Made by a program: the position numbers and the translations under genes
Notes under the pieces: generated by a model
The model's database searches: none
Seen by the model: the letters and a program-made list of their open reading frames with translations, nothing else
Told to the model about the DNA's origin: nothing
Source: Octopus bimaculoides
Taxonomy: Eukaryota
NCBI RefSeq assembly: GCF_001194135.2
Contig: NC_068983.1
Coordinates: forward strand, 114,350,388 to 114,414,387
Reading direction: 5' to 3'
Length of the DNA: 64,000 nt
Shown: positions 13,483-27,204 of the stretch, one piece after another
Layout of the letters: every line of letters begins with the position of its first letter
How positions within the stretch are numbered: the first letter of the stretch is position 1

Positions 13483-15299
13483 AATATATATAATGATGAT
13501 TTACGCATCTGCTATCTCTGCCTGACCTTTCAGAAATGGCTTTCACTCAACCTATTTGTAGTAGAGACTGGCTACTCTACTTGTAACTCAGTTCTATTCC
13601 TGACTACTTGGAAATTTGGACTGAACCAGATTCCAATCATTTTAATTGGTTCAGCAATCTACAATGCTGACTGGTAATATGGACTTCCCTCTCCAGTTGA
13701 CAAATAAACTATACAATAAAGGTTTGTAAATTATCATGAATGTGCATTCATAAAGCTTGTAGCTAAAATTGCTGACCTTCAGAAAAGTAAGGGGTATTTT
13801 CATTAATGAAAGATTAATGAGCAGGGAAAAATAAACCATAAAACTATGAAAAATATAAATAAAATGTTTTTAATTAGGCATGAAACCTCAGGCAAGTAGA
13901 GGTAAGTGTCTTGCTCAAAGAGAAACCACAACACCTGCAATGAAATCTGAACACCAACAAGAATAAGATGGGAAGAGTATTTTGGTAATTAGTGCCAAGA
14001 TTTCTGATATTTCCTCACAACAATTCAATAGTTGCTGCCAAAGTCTGTTTCCACAGCCCTGATGGTTGAATTAGCTACCATAATAAATGACATCAGTGGA
14101 ACTGCTTTATTGAATAGGGCAGAGAAAAGAGAATGGAAAAAAAAGGTAAGTAGGATCACCTTTGACATGGCAACAATGAGCTGAAAGTAGTTTGGATTAT
14201 AAGTTATAAATAAACAGAACTTGTTAGTTCAATTTACCAACCAAATTTTAAATTCTACTTTTAATATTATTATTATTACTATTATTATTATTATTATCCA
14301 TATTCATATTCCCAAGGTCTGTAAAAATTGCATTAATATTTATGTCAGGGTCAATAGACTGACAGACAGTCTGAGTGAGTAATGAAGAGACAATTCAGGC
14401 TATCAATATTCAATATTATGACAACTACTGCTGCTGCTGCAGATTAATTAAGAAGGATACTTCCAGCAAGCCAAGTGTGTGAGCTGATTTTGGTTCCTGG
14501 CAGAAGCCATTTTCACTTGAGTACCACAAATAATTATTCTTATGAAATGCATCAATGACACAGCTTCATATTTTCATCCTCTTAAAATATAAAGGCCTTT
14601 ATGCCTTGTAAAAATAAATCCTAAATAAACAAACAATTATTTGATATTAATTATCTTTCTTAAAACCAATTCTCTACTTTTAAGTCTTTAAGAAAAGCGT
14701 GATTGACATAAAATCTTACTTCACCTCCCTAATAAATCAGTAAATATTTTGTCAGCGCATGATGTCAATAATTTTATGCTTCTGCAGCAACATTTACTTT
14801 TTAATTTCTTAAATCATAAAATTTGTTTCACTGCCCAACTGCAGCTGGCTTCATTTCACACATCACTTATACTTTTGAGAAATTCATGATTGCCTCAAAA
14901 TCTTAACATTTCCTATTTCTCTGACTAAAACTTTGTACCTATTTCAAAAATCTAATATCCTATTTTTAAAATTCTGAAGTGAGAATCATGGTAGTGGGTG
15001 GTATATTTTGTAACTCGGTATTATCCATTGTAAATAAAATAAAAAAAAAAAAGCTCATATACCATGAGTTTTGCAGATGTTAAATTATATTCTTGAGCAA
15101 GGCACTAATCTTTACTTGGTCAGTAGCCAAGCTGATGTCAGTGTGGTATGATTGTGCTTTATCTAAATTCATACTAACAAAAGAGAACGATTCTGGTGCC
15201 TAAGCAAATGAAGATCTCCATAACAACCATGCTAATCTGGTGCCAAAGAAAGGTGTATATAACTGAGACTAGCAAACAGAATTGTGTATATGTGTATTT

Positions 15300-15341
<42 letters not shown>

Positions 15342-15974
15342 TATAATTATGCATTAAAATAGCCAATGGTTAAATAAATATAACAAGCACTATTTTGCTC
15401 AACCTGGCAGCAAGAGCTATTCTCCAAAAACAGACAAGTGAAAGAAACAAAATTACATATCTTTAAATTCAAGATACTAATTGTCTTTGGGGTGGGGAGA
15501 AAAAATATTTGCAAATTAATTTCTTAGAGATTTAGATAAGAACAATTATTCTGAGTTTAATATACTTCAGAATAACAAAGTAAATTATATATCTGAATTA
15601 ATCTAAAAACCTATGTTGGTATCTTAAAAAAGACTTTTTTAAAAAAAAGAAAGAAAAAATTTCCAAACCACCTTCAGTTTCACTACAAAATCTTGTAGTA
15701 GTACCCACCCATTTAGCTGTGGCCATGCTGGGACACATGGTACATAAAAAGATAATGCTCCACTCTTTACTGGAAAAAGTTCTGCAACAGTTCATAATAT
15801 ACAAAACATTTCTATACACACACACACACACACCTTGCCACCATTAAATATATATTGAATGCATATACATACATTATATATTCAATGGTGGTAACATACT
15901 GGTGTGAAATGCAATTAAGCAAATCAAAGTACTCAATACTATTTGTAAAAAGTGGAATATTTAATACTATATCA

Positions 15975-17820
15975 CCTTAGGATCTGGAATATGAAACTCC
16001 AAGTTAAGAGGTCTTATGGTAAGACAAAGATTATAGTAAGTAGGAAAAATAACAGGACTGTTCTTTTCAGGAAAATGGCTTTGCTTGATATGTAGTAAAG
16101 GAGTAGGTATAAGCTTCATAATCTAAACCCAATGCAAGCTATGGGCATATAAGAAATGTAGAGAAATTATAAGCAAACTAGAGAATGTAAGCTTAATATG
16201 TGATAGATACACTGATGCAGTTTGTACTATGAGCACACCAGAAATAGATTCTCTTAAATGCTTGGATGGCTCACTAGAAGTTGTTAATAACTTTTGTTAC
16301 CTAGGAAAGCAAAGTAGCCTGAGTAAGAATTGGTTGGAGTTCAGGGAGCTACTTCCAATGTTAGCAACAAAGGCATTTTCCCTCAGAGAGAAGGGCAGAT
16401 TGTATGATATTTGTGTAAGAACTGTGATACTGCATCATAGTCAGTCATGGACCTTGATTGTAGAGGATTTGAGAAGACTGGAAAAATAAAGCAAGCATGC
16501 TCCATTGGAAGTGTAATGTAAGTGGGCATGAACAGTATAGTACAAATGTGCTGAAACAAAAACTGGGCATAAAAGAAACAAGATGTAGTGTGCCAGAAAG
16601 AATACTGCACTTGTATGGACAGGCAATGTATTTGAAAGAGGACAGTTTCATAAAGAAGTGCCAATTACTTAATGTAGATAGCGCTTATGAAAGAGAGAAA
16701 CTCAGGAAGACGTTGCATGAAGTGGAGAAGGCTTACTTTCAGGGCCTTGAGCCTCATAAAAGATGATAAAGAACCAGAATGACTGGTGATATGTGGTTCA
16801 CAAAAAAACCTGGCCAACTCAGTGAAACTGAGTTCTGGAAGCGCTGTGCATGTATACATGTACACGTCTGAGCCTTTCACTTAATTTCCTCTTCAAGGCA
16901 CTCCCACCACCCATCATCCCTCTAACTACCACTCTTCCTTGAAACCACTTACTTCTCTTACAGCTAAATGGGTGGATACTACTTGTCCATCCTACATCTA
17001 TTAATACTGTTCTCTCCACCCACACTTTACATTGATCAGCCCCATTTCCACTGAGACATCAAATTATCTCACCTCCACTATCATGTCTCTCACAATCCTC
17101 ATACACTACACCTGTTTCTGTCTATGGCCTCCACACTCCCACAACCTACCCAATCACATATCATCTCTCTCTCATCCTCCTCCTGTCTACTATATCATCA
17201 TTACTATTCTGCTGTTCTCTCCACCTTTTTTTATGCACTGTCAGTCATCTCCTACTTCTCCCAGCCCATGCATTAGTGGTCATCCTTCACACTTTATCCA
17301 TCCTTAAACCCCACCCAATCTTTATAGTTGTTGCCTATTTCCCCTCCCCTATTACCCATCTCTCACTCTCCATACACTCCTGCGACATCCACTCATTCAC
17401 AATCCTAGTTCCTCTTTCTCACTCACTTCAGCTCACTTTGTATCTCGAGGGTCCACTCACACACCTCATCACTACTATTTTTATCTCCTTCCAGCTGCAC
17501 CTGATCACTTCCACCCTCTCTTCCAAAATATGAGTAGTCATGTGGCTGCAGCAAGAAACCTGTTCTGCACTGATCTCTTACCCCCTCATCTCCTATCAAA
17601 AAGCTGCCTCCTCAGTGTTCATAGTCTCGCAAACTGCATGTTTTGGTGGCATAAAAAAACAAAGCACCCAGTAATGCTATAAAGTGGTTGGCATTAGGGA
17701 GGATATCAAGCCATTGCAACAAATCATGCCAAAGCAGGCACCCAAGCATGATGCAGTCCTTGGGGCCCATCGGATCCTGTCAAGCCATCCACGCCATGCC
17801 ATGATGATAATGATGATGAT
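15975..17820 (+). mobile_element. 5'-truncated RTE-clade LINE: ORF C-terminus, pyrimidine-rich 3' UTR and (ATG)n tail
   Basis: Translation gives KTKIIVSRK..CLICSKGVG..TQCKLWAYKKC..CDR, SLEVVNNFCYLG, WLEFRELLPMLATK..KGRLYDICVRTVILH and MLHWKCNV..LKQKLGIK. Tail GTGGTTGGCATTAGG...ATGATGATGAT at 17684-17820. Confidence 0.9.
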
Positions 17821-18965
17821 TACAAATCCTTATTTTTATTTATCTACAGTCTTCAAAGACAACAAGAGTAACACATTGGACATTGAACAACTTTTAAACT
17901 GTTTGAAGAAATCATATGATCAGGAACTTAAAAACAAAAAATAACAGAACCAATGGTAAACAATTAAAATTGCACTATAATCATGGATATAAGTGTGAAT
18001 ATTTGAATGTGTTGTGTGTGTGTGTGTGTGTTCATATGCATGCTGTTACAGATTTATTTAAAGAATTGCTTTGAAGTAATGAAATATAGGTAGTAATTTT
18101 TTTCTTTCCATCAGCCAGTCTACGAGATGCGTTTTCTGTTCACTGTATTGCTTGCTCTCTAATTCTCTAATATTAACATTTAGCTGAAAAATCAGTCACC
18201 ATATTGAACCACTACTGCTATCACCTGCCCACCCACTCACCCAAACACCATCACCTGCACTACAACAACCACTGCCAATATCATTGTCATTAAGATCATT
18301 ATACAATTGTTCCCAGCTCAAGTATCAATGGCAGCACCACATTCATTTCCTGAGACTGATTGCAGATCACACTAGGCGAAATAGTGTAACAAACACAACA
18401 AAGAAGGCAATGATTAATTTCTCTCTTCAATCAACTATATTATATTACACTTACCAATTTACTCTATTACAATGTACCATGTACTCAAAGATCATATCTG
18501 TAACATAGCTAACAGAACCTAAAGTAAGGATTTAGAGGCCTCTTAATTACCACATTTAAAGCTTACACCATATAAAGATGTATGATTTATATAATGCTGA
18601 ATCCTAATTTAAGATGGTTATTTATGTGTGTATTCATACACAGCTACAGCAAAAAGAAAAATGAACTTATAGTAATATGAGTGAAAGTTTACAAGTCCCA
18701 TAGTAGTCAGCATTTTGGTAGTCAATGTTTTTAGTTACCAATTACTTTTCCTAGAAATCACCACTTAGTGATGAAAGCAACCAGAAGAGTGAAGTGTAAA
18801 TTTCCACCTGCCATCAATGAGTGGTATATCACAAGTACCAAAACAAGATATGCTGAATATTATAAGTAAACTTCAATATTGGTTTACAAAATAAGTGCCA
18901 TGTGTTTTAGATACAGTGTACTCTGTTTACATAGTGAGTAGAAAATATGAAAATAAACATATATT

Positions 18966-19178
18966 CTTTTCTGCTCTAGGCACAAGGCCCGAAATTTTTG
19001 GGGAGGAGGACCAGTCGATTAAATCTATCCCAGTCTGCAACTGGTACTTAATTTATCGACTCCAAAGGATGAAAGGCAAAGTTGACCTCACCAGAATTTG
19101 AACTCAGAACGTAAAGACAGATGAAATACAGATAAGCATTTCACCTGGTGTGCTAACATTTCTGCCAGCTTGCTGCTT
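18966..19178 (-). mobile_element. SINE family A
   Basis: Near-consensus copy with a perfect 18-bp TSD TGAAAATAAACATATATT (18948-18965 and 19179-19196). Confidence 0.93.
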
Positions 19179-21109
19179 TGAAAATAAACATATATTGCAT
19201 AAGTGTATTTGTAGCTCAGTAAGGTGGACTTTAATTTCAATGGTGGACTTAATTTGTCACCTGTTTAACACCACACTTGGTTCTTGAGTACTTTTAGCAG
19301 ACTGCACACCATTGTAAGGATTCGGATTTGATACCTATTCTGAAAATATCAGAATCCTCTCCTCTTCTCACCAATAGTTGCAGAGGCTCAGTGAGAAGGT
19401 CAGGGGTAAGCACTGCCCCTTGTCCTTTGACTTGGCCATCGTAGAAAGAAAAAGAAAAAAAGAAGGGTGCCTGAACAATCCTCCCCTGACTGAGTCTCAT
19501 AAGAAGATTTGTTTAGAATAAAATATGTAATTTTGTATTCATTGATTTGGAATTATATTTCTTATAGCAAAAATATTACTGTTATAAGACATGCAGTTTT
19601 AGAGTGTTGGTTGATGTGAGAATCAGAGTATTTAGCAAGGAACAAAGCAAGAAGGTTGGAATATTGGAACAAAATAGTATTTGTTAATAAACAGTAGACA
19701 GTGGTAGTACATATTAACTATGACCTTGCCTTTGATAAAGTTTATAGCAACTAAACCACTACAGCGTTATGATAAAAAGAGAGACTGAAAACAGTTGACT
19801 GCATGGATAAATATCACAGGTGAAATTCAAACATAATCTCCATTAAAGTCACATCTAATAATCATATTGATTAAACGATAGATACACATATACATACACA
19901 CAATATCCATGCATAGAACCAATAACAACATCAAAACAGGACACCTACAAAATGAAATCTATTTGGATAAAAATAACACATCTATACAAAAGAATATGAA
20001 ACTATAAGACAGATACATGGTAAAATGCCTAGCATTATATTATCAAGCTTTTATGCCAGACAACATCTTTCTAGAATTTAGTGGAAAGAAATATCTTCAA
20101 TAGAAAAATTCAAATACATTACAATGAGGTTTTTCCATTTTTTTTCCCAACTTAAACATTAACCTTTCAACTATAACAGAAGTATCCTACATGTTTCAAT
20201 GGGAAGTTGCTAAGAGACCACATAAAGTTCCCAACAAATTATGCTTGATGTTTATCTGCCTATACAATGAGTTATTACTATTAGCCATATAATGAAAATG
20301 TGACAACACAAAATATTACAAGCACATGAACAATAAATAGCATCCTTCTAATGTGCATACAAACAGAAAATAAAATGGAATGGCCTCCCCATGTAGTATT
20401 GTAGGCACGAAATGGACAGGGTTGGGAGCTGAGGGCCGGGTTGGGTTGGGGAGACAATCACAGCTTGAGTGAGCTATTTTAAACTCATACTTAGGTGGAA
20501 TCTGTAGTTCCCTGTTTTGTCTGTCTGTATCTGTTTCTCTGCTTCTGAAATACAAAGAGTCATAGTAAATTGTCTTATAATCAACTTGAAAGATGTCCTT
20601 CAAACACACACACACACACATACAAATACGATGAAGAACAAAATAAATAAATAAATATATAAATAAAACATTTAATATTTCAGGGCGAAGCAGAATAATA
20701 ATTAACAAAAAAAAAAAAAAAAAGCTTATCTGAGGCAGTTTGGCTGGGAACAAACTATAAAGAAAAAAAAAAACAACTGACTTTCATGTAAGAAAAGTAA
20801 CAACTAGAATACTGAGAAAACTTTTACAAAAAAAGCAGAGAGAGACTATCAGATAAAGACTTTTTAAGATAAAGGAAGTATAAAATCTACTTGACATGAT
20901 TTCCATCATTATTACTGAGAAGACAGGTAATAAAATACTGATGCTTGTTGTTCCAGAACTTTGTTTCAGTTACAAGAAAATACGCAACAATATTAGAATA
21001 TTGAAAACAGGATTTTTCTCTTCATTCAGCATTTTTAGATTAGTTAATGCTAACCACACCCCAGATAACTCATTGACTGTGATGTCACATTAATGTAAGG
21101 TTTATTAAC

Positions 21110-21123
21110 GTGTGTGTGTGAGA

Positions 21124-21183
<60 letters not shown>
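21110..21183. repeat. (GT)n(GA)n microsatellite
   Basis: Directly visible. Confidence 0.95.
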
Positions 21184-21186
<3 letters not shown>

Positions 21187-24100
21187 TAGCATCATATCAA
21201 ATCTCCAGCCTCAGAAGCCTTTGAAGCAATGATAAAACAAAATCTTCAGTGCCAAAAATTGCCAGTCTTCATAAATACATGCTGTTATAACTAATTGTCT
21301 TTCTACATTTTTGTTTTTTTTGTTTTTCTCCTTTCCCAAGATTTGGCTGCAAGTAAGTATGAAGGTGGCTAAATGATGAGTGAGCTGTTAAGACTTGGTA
21401 ACTGACTGATCAAAGTTCTCTACAACATACCACGTAAGATTATCAGTTTCACACTGAACCACAGACTTGGTGTTAGGATCATAAGCAAAATCTATTTACA
21501 TTGCATTCTTCAGGCTACATTGAAAATACATATTTCACATTCGAGTGTTCAGTGTTAGGAACAGTACTCAATGCTAATAAGAAAACTCACATCAAACATT
21601 TGTGCAAATACTGAAGTTGTTTTTAGAACCAACAAATTCATGCTAAAATGGAGAAATAAGATTTATTTAGAAATATATGAGCATGCATACTTCTCATATA
21701 CACACAAACCAAAAATATTGTTATGGGCAATGTGGAATGTGGTCTTTTAAAAGCCATCAGGTAATTAAATTTCGGAAGAAATTTTTTTCTTAAATGATGA
21801 TTTATTTGACTAGAAAGTGTTAGTATATTCTAATTTAAGAGTAAATATGATATGCCATAAGTATATGTCATATATTTTGTCATATCATATAAAATATAGT
21901 CACATTATGACCATACAAAAGTAAAGATGGTATCACACTACATCGATATAACTGTCACTTTGTCATATCATTGTTATACAATAGTAGATATAAAATCATG
22001 ATTTGTTTTACATAATGCTACATATAAATATTACAATAGTAACAAAGTAATATGAATTTCATGGAACTTAACTCTAGCTTTGTTTTCAAAATCAATCTAT
22101 TTTCTTGCTCTACTTAAGTTTTCTCCAGCTCAGTCATTGCTCAAAGCTGTGTGTGTGCATGCATTGTGTAGCAATATGATGCTTAAATGTACCCATCAAA
22201 ATATGACGGACTGAAACAGAAAAGATGAGGCTAGCTGTACACTTCTCTAGTAACAAGAAATTAATTGCATACATGTAATTACAGTTCCAGACAAGCTGCT
22301 GCATTATCAGCCATGGAAGAACAGTAAATACAAGTAGGATTTACAAGATAAATAATACTAACAACAAAACCTTGATTTCTCTCCAAATCATTTCACAAAA
22401 AGGGAGAATAAACAGTCCATAATATTACTAGAACAAAGAGTTGCATACAAATGAAAAATAAAAAGTAAATTTCAACATGAAATGTCATGAAATGCTTATT
22501 TAAACCTACAGCTGATAGCTTTAATTAATAGATGGAAGAATTAAAATAAACCCATATCAAATGCAGAACTTATAATTACTGCTTAGAAAAGACTAATTAA
22601 AATAGTCCAAGAATACTTGATTTTCACATTTAGTTCATTCTCTCCCACCACAGCCAGCTGTTTATAGAAGAAATACTTTTGCTATCTTTGATTTATATTC
22701 AGTTCAACAGAATATTAATTAAAGTTTAAACCAGTTAACAATGCCACTAACTTAAGGGAATTGTTTTAATTGGTATATCATTTTTGATTTTACTTTGTGC
22801 TGTGCAATTCAACAACTCAGGCCTGTAAAGTAATGATTAACTTCTACATGCAGCATGGTTTCAATACCTTATACATTTTCATTCTAGCAAGGACTATTAA
22901 TATTTCTTAGTAACAAAGAAAAGGAACTGCATTGAAACTGTTCTTCATTAAACTTAATGAAACATGAGTTTTAGTTCATAAGACACTGTATTTCAACATT
23001 ATTAATGACAAATAGAACTTATACACACACATGTATACATACATTTGATTCACACATGTACATGCATACATATACAAACATATACATGTGTATATAAGAT
23101 GTGGGAAAAAAGAAGGTTACAAAACCCCAGAAAATCTCATACAAGCCATTCCTTAGAGACTCAACTTCATAACATTAATGGAAGGAACAAACCAACTCTT
23201 GGATAAGAGATCTGTGAATCCCAAAAACATTTCTCAATGATTGTTTTCCTGGCCTCAATGGAAAGTTTTATTATTTTCATTTTGGGTCCTAGTTACATTA
23301 TTTTCAAACATCAGAAGGATCTAAAATTTTAAAACCACATTCGATAGAATACTTGTAGAGTATAAAGCTAAAATATATAATAAACCATATCCTTCACCAA
23401 TATATATTTGTTACAGTTTTAATATATTTTGGTAGTAGATAGTTGTCAGATATCTTTATATGATGTTATATGTTAATCGTACATTAAATGCGAAGAACTA
23501 TCCCAAAAGTTTAGAGAAACACTGCTGTGATAGATAGTTTGAACAGATGCGAATTTTGATCATCCGTTGTATAAATAAATGCTAAAATTAGAAAGAGAAA
23601 ATATGTTCAATTAGAGCAAAATCTTGACCTATTTTGAAATGTTTGTTCTACGTAATATCTTAATTGATTATCAACCAGAAATCTCTTGAACATTTCACAA
23701 ACTTTTTAAAATTTTTACTTGGATAAGATGTGCAAGCTAATCTGACATCAGAATATTATCAGGATTGTTAAAATTAGTGGAATAAGTGTTTTCATAGCTT
23801 GTAAACTGAATGAGCATCCTTAAATTAATCCAGTCAAGTATATTGAACTAAAATATTTACTAAACATCTTAATAGACAAAACTTTCATAATAAATGGATA
23901 AAATAGATGATGTAAAAAGAAAAAAAAAAATTGTTTGAATAAAGCTAATTACAGTAATGAAAAAAAAAATCATTTCAAAATTTCAGGGTCCAAATTCAAT
24001 TTACTATAGCAATAAACAAATCCTCAGCTGTTAAAAACTTCAGCCATTAGAGTTCGAGATTTAAGTATGTAAAATATAGGAGAGAGACTCTCTGCAGCAA

Positions 24101-24475
24101 GACTGCTTGCGATGCAGTCAGATGTGTAGATGTGATGATGACTAACTACACACCAATTACTAATTTTTCAATGGCTACCAACAGCTAAATTTAGCTGTAT
24201 GAAATTTATCAAAATTTCAAGCAAGTATCAAACAAATTGTTAATTTCTAAATGAAAGTAATATGTTGGTGCATTTAGACTTTTGTACAAAACACTTTGGA
24301 TAAAATGCTAAATTTATCTCGTTTAAAGCGGTTGGGGTAAAAGGGAAGGATAGCATTATCCAAAAGTCTGGCTTCGTAGTTACTTTTGTAAAAGTTTTTT
24401 TTTTTCCCCAAGTAGATATAACAAAAGTATGGAAATATATGCACACACATGTTTATATATTTTTTTTTGTTTATA

Positions 24476-24780
24476 GTTTTAGCTTAGAGCTGCGGCCATG
24501 CTAATGCACCGCCGTGGATATGTATATATAAATAATTAAATATATATCATGGTATCAACCAGACTTTCAGATGTTGTCTAATGTGCTTCATATTGCTTTA
24601 GCTTTTGAATGACTCCACCTCACAGGTTAAGCAAATAGGCCTTGGTTGGAAGACTTATTCCATTACAGGATTACCCATTTGCAGTTGAGTGGACTGGAAC
24701 AACCTGAAATGATGTGTTTTGCTCGAGAACACAATGGGATTCGAACCCATGATCTAGCAACTGTGAGTGCAATCTCCTTC
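24476..24780 (-). mobile_element. SINE B 3' tip (24476-24513) plus a decayed tRNA-derived SINE resembling family C (about 24548-24780)
   Basis: GCTGCGGCCATGCTAATGCACCGCC is the reverse complement of the SINE B tail. GGGATTCGAACCC is a reverse-complement B box. Confidence 0.6.
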
Positions 24781-24988
24781 TTATCACCAATACTCATCAG
24801 TTTCCAAGTAAGGTAATATTTCCCCATGTTCTTCAAACACAAAAAGCACAATGGGTAGGCATGACTTCACGGAACATTGCAAATGAACGACACCACTTGT
24901 AACATTTTGACAGCCATTTACAACTAGCATCTGATGTCAAGATAAGGATACACACATGCACACTCATATATGTATGTGTGTGTGTATG

Positions 24989-25030
<42 letters not shown>

Positions 25031-25094
25031 TATACTTACACATATCTATAATGGTTTTTTAAAAATTATTGTCAACTAAATCCATTTACAGGTT

Positions 25095-25190
25095 CTTGGT
25101 TGGCCCAAGACTATAGAGAACATTTCTTTAAGGTGGCATGCAGTGGGACTGAATCCAAAACCATATTGTGAAGTGGTGCTTCTTGGCCTT
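25095..25190 (-). mobile_element. SINE B 5' fragment
   Basis: CAGTGGGACTGAATCC and GACTATAG match the family head in reverse complement. Confidence 0.6.
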
Positions 25191-25217
25191 TTGGCTAAGA
25201 TCAAAATATGCATATAT

Positions 25218-25254
<37 letters not shown>

Positions 25255-25531
25255 GTGAAAGTTAGTGAGCTTTTATTGAAAACAAGGGAAAATATCTGAA
25301 GAAATTGCAACCAGAGTTCAAAGAAGGTATCCCTTTTATAAATGGTTACTTTTATCAGATTAATTCATGTTTACAACTCTTAACCAGTGTGAATTGAGAG
25401 TGGCATCTCATTCTAAAATTTACTACCTAAAACATAGAGCTATGTTAATTTTTAGCTCCTGTTTGAATCTCCTATGGCATCTTTGCTGAACAAAATATCT
25501 ATAGCAATTAGGATCTTTATACTAGGTTTAC

Positions 25532-25636
25532 AAGGTGGTAAGTTGGCTGAATTGTAAGAGTATTGGATTGAAAACTCTGTGGTATTTGTTTTGACTTGCT
25601 GTTCTTGAGTTCAAATCCCACCAAAGTCAACTTTGT
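25532..25636 (+). mobile_element. SINE A 5' fragment
   Basis: AAGGTGGTAAGTTGGCTGAA head; GAGTTCAAATCCCACC B box. Confidence 0.7.
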
Positions 25637-26973
25637 GTCAAACTAAAACAAAGGCAGCATATTTCAACAGAAATAGAGAAAGAAAATAGTTAACTATCAC
25701 CACTTTATAACTACCTTCCTAGATGGCATGGGTTCAAATTACCACAGTTCAAATAAATTTTTTATTAGGAATTATTGCCCTCCTAGATAGGTCAGAGGAC
25801 TGTGTCTTGCTAGCACATTCCATTTCAGTAGGTATCTGTGGCAGCATTTTTTCATAGCACCAACACAAGAAAAGATTGTCAAATTCTCAACCAGATAAAA
25901 GGGTCCTCTCAGCTTACTAACCAAACACTTTAGGGAGTCTTTAATATATATATATATATATATATCATCATCATCATCATCATCGTTTAACAATGATATA
26001 TATATATATATTTCATGTAGTCTTTCAATGAAAGATACCAGATGTATAAAGACAACCAGCACAGATAGAAAACAAGGTAAAATATTGTTTTCAACATGAA
26101 AATGTTCCAAAGTGATACTTGCAACTAGTTTTAAATATTATATCTGTCATATGAAGCTAAATGTGGTTGAAATTTTAGAAAAATGTTGGAGTAAAACAAA
26201 AAATTTAAAACTTGGGGTGCAAAAGTGAAGCCACTTTATATTTGAATTGAAATTAAATGATGGATCTTATTTACCATGAACTTCACTTTTGTATCATGTC
26301 AATTATTAATACAATACTAATATAGTTATTATTACTTAAATGCATAAAACTTTGGATATGAAATAGAAATAACAATAGAATTAAAGAATTAGTTCTCCTT
26401 ATAAGGAATTGATCACAGGTCACAGGTTCTATTCGCCACAAATATATCAGTGTACAAAATAGCCATAGATTAAATATTAGTGTAAATAGTTCTAATTCTG
26501 TTCATTATAGATGATTCTTTTCCAAATGTAAAATCCTAGTAAAAAAAAAATAATAATATTTTTTGGAAAGTCCTTAAAATCTACCAATTGTAATAAAGTT
26601 TGTATCAAAAATTTAGCCATCTTAAAGCTTTCAAGTACAATCTATCTAGCAGTGCAACACAAAATTTTGTGTAAGGCCAAAATCATTTGTTCTCTGTAAG
26701 TGTTCTTATGACATAATAAATAGCACTTCTCTTCATCTAACTGATGAAAGCATTTGCAACTAAGTTGTATGTTGTTCATTAGGGCTGTCAGTACTTGATA
26801 AGCTTTAACTCACTTATCACAAAACATGTAGTTCTCAAAACGACAAGAAATATTGGTTTAATATTCATGATTTTTAGTAGTGATGTGCTTACCTCTACAG
26901 AGCTTGCAGAATGAAGCTTAGATATAGTACAAACAGTCAACCACCAAAATGTAGTAGAAATGGTAGGCTAGAC

Positions 26974-27204
26974 CAGTGCTCTACGACCGTTTTCACTTGC
27001 GGTACACTTATATTCTTTTCAAAATTTAGCGGATTACCTAAACTAAAAATATAACTAGAAGTATAGGGGAAAAAAAGTTATAGGTTACATTGCGACACAC
27101 CTAGCATCGTCTCGTGGCACACCAGTGTGCCGCGACATACACACTGCGATACACCTAGCATCATCTCGTGGCACACTCTCCGAAACGCCGGTTGCAGAGC
27201 ACCG
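26974..27204. mobile_element. hAT-superfamily (Charlie-like) MITE, 231 bp
   Basis: Perfect 8-bp TSD GGCTAGAC (26966-26973 and 27205-27212) with a CTAG core. TIRs CAGTGCTCTACGACCG / CGGTTGCAGAGCACCG. Internal 32-bp duplication at 27091 and 27146. Confidence 0.9.

Noticed and set aside
23200-23530. hAT-like terminus (GTTTAGAGAAACACTG at about 23511-23526)
   Set aside because: No matching opposite TIR or TSD found, so no element could be delimited.
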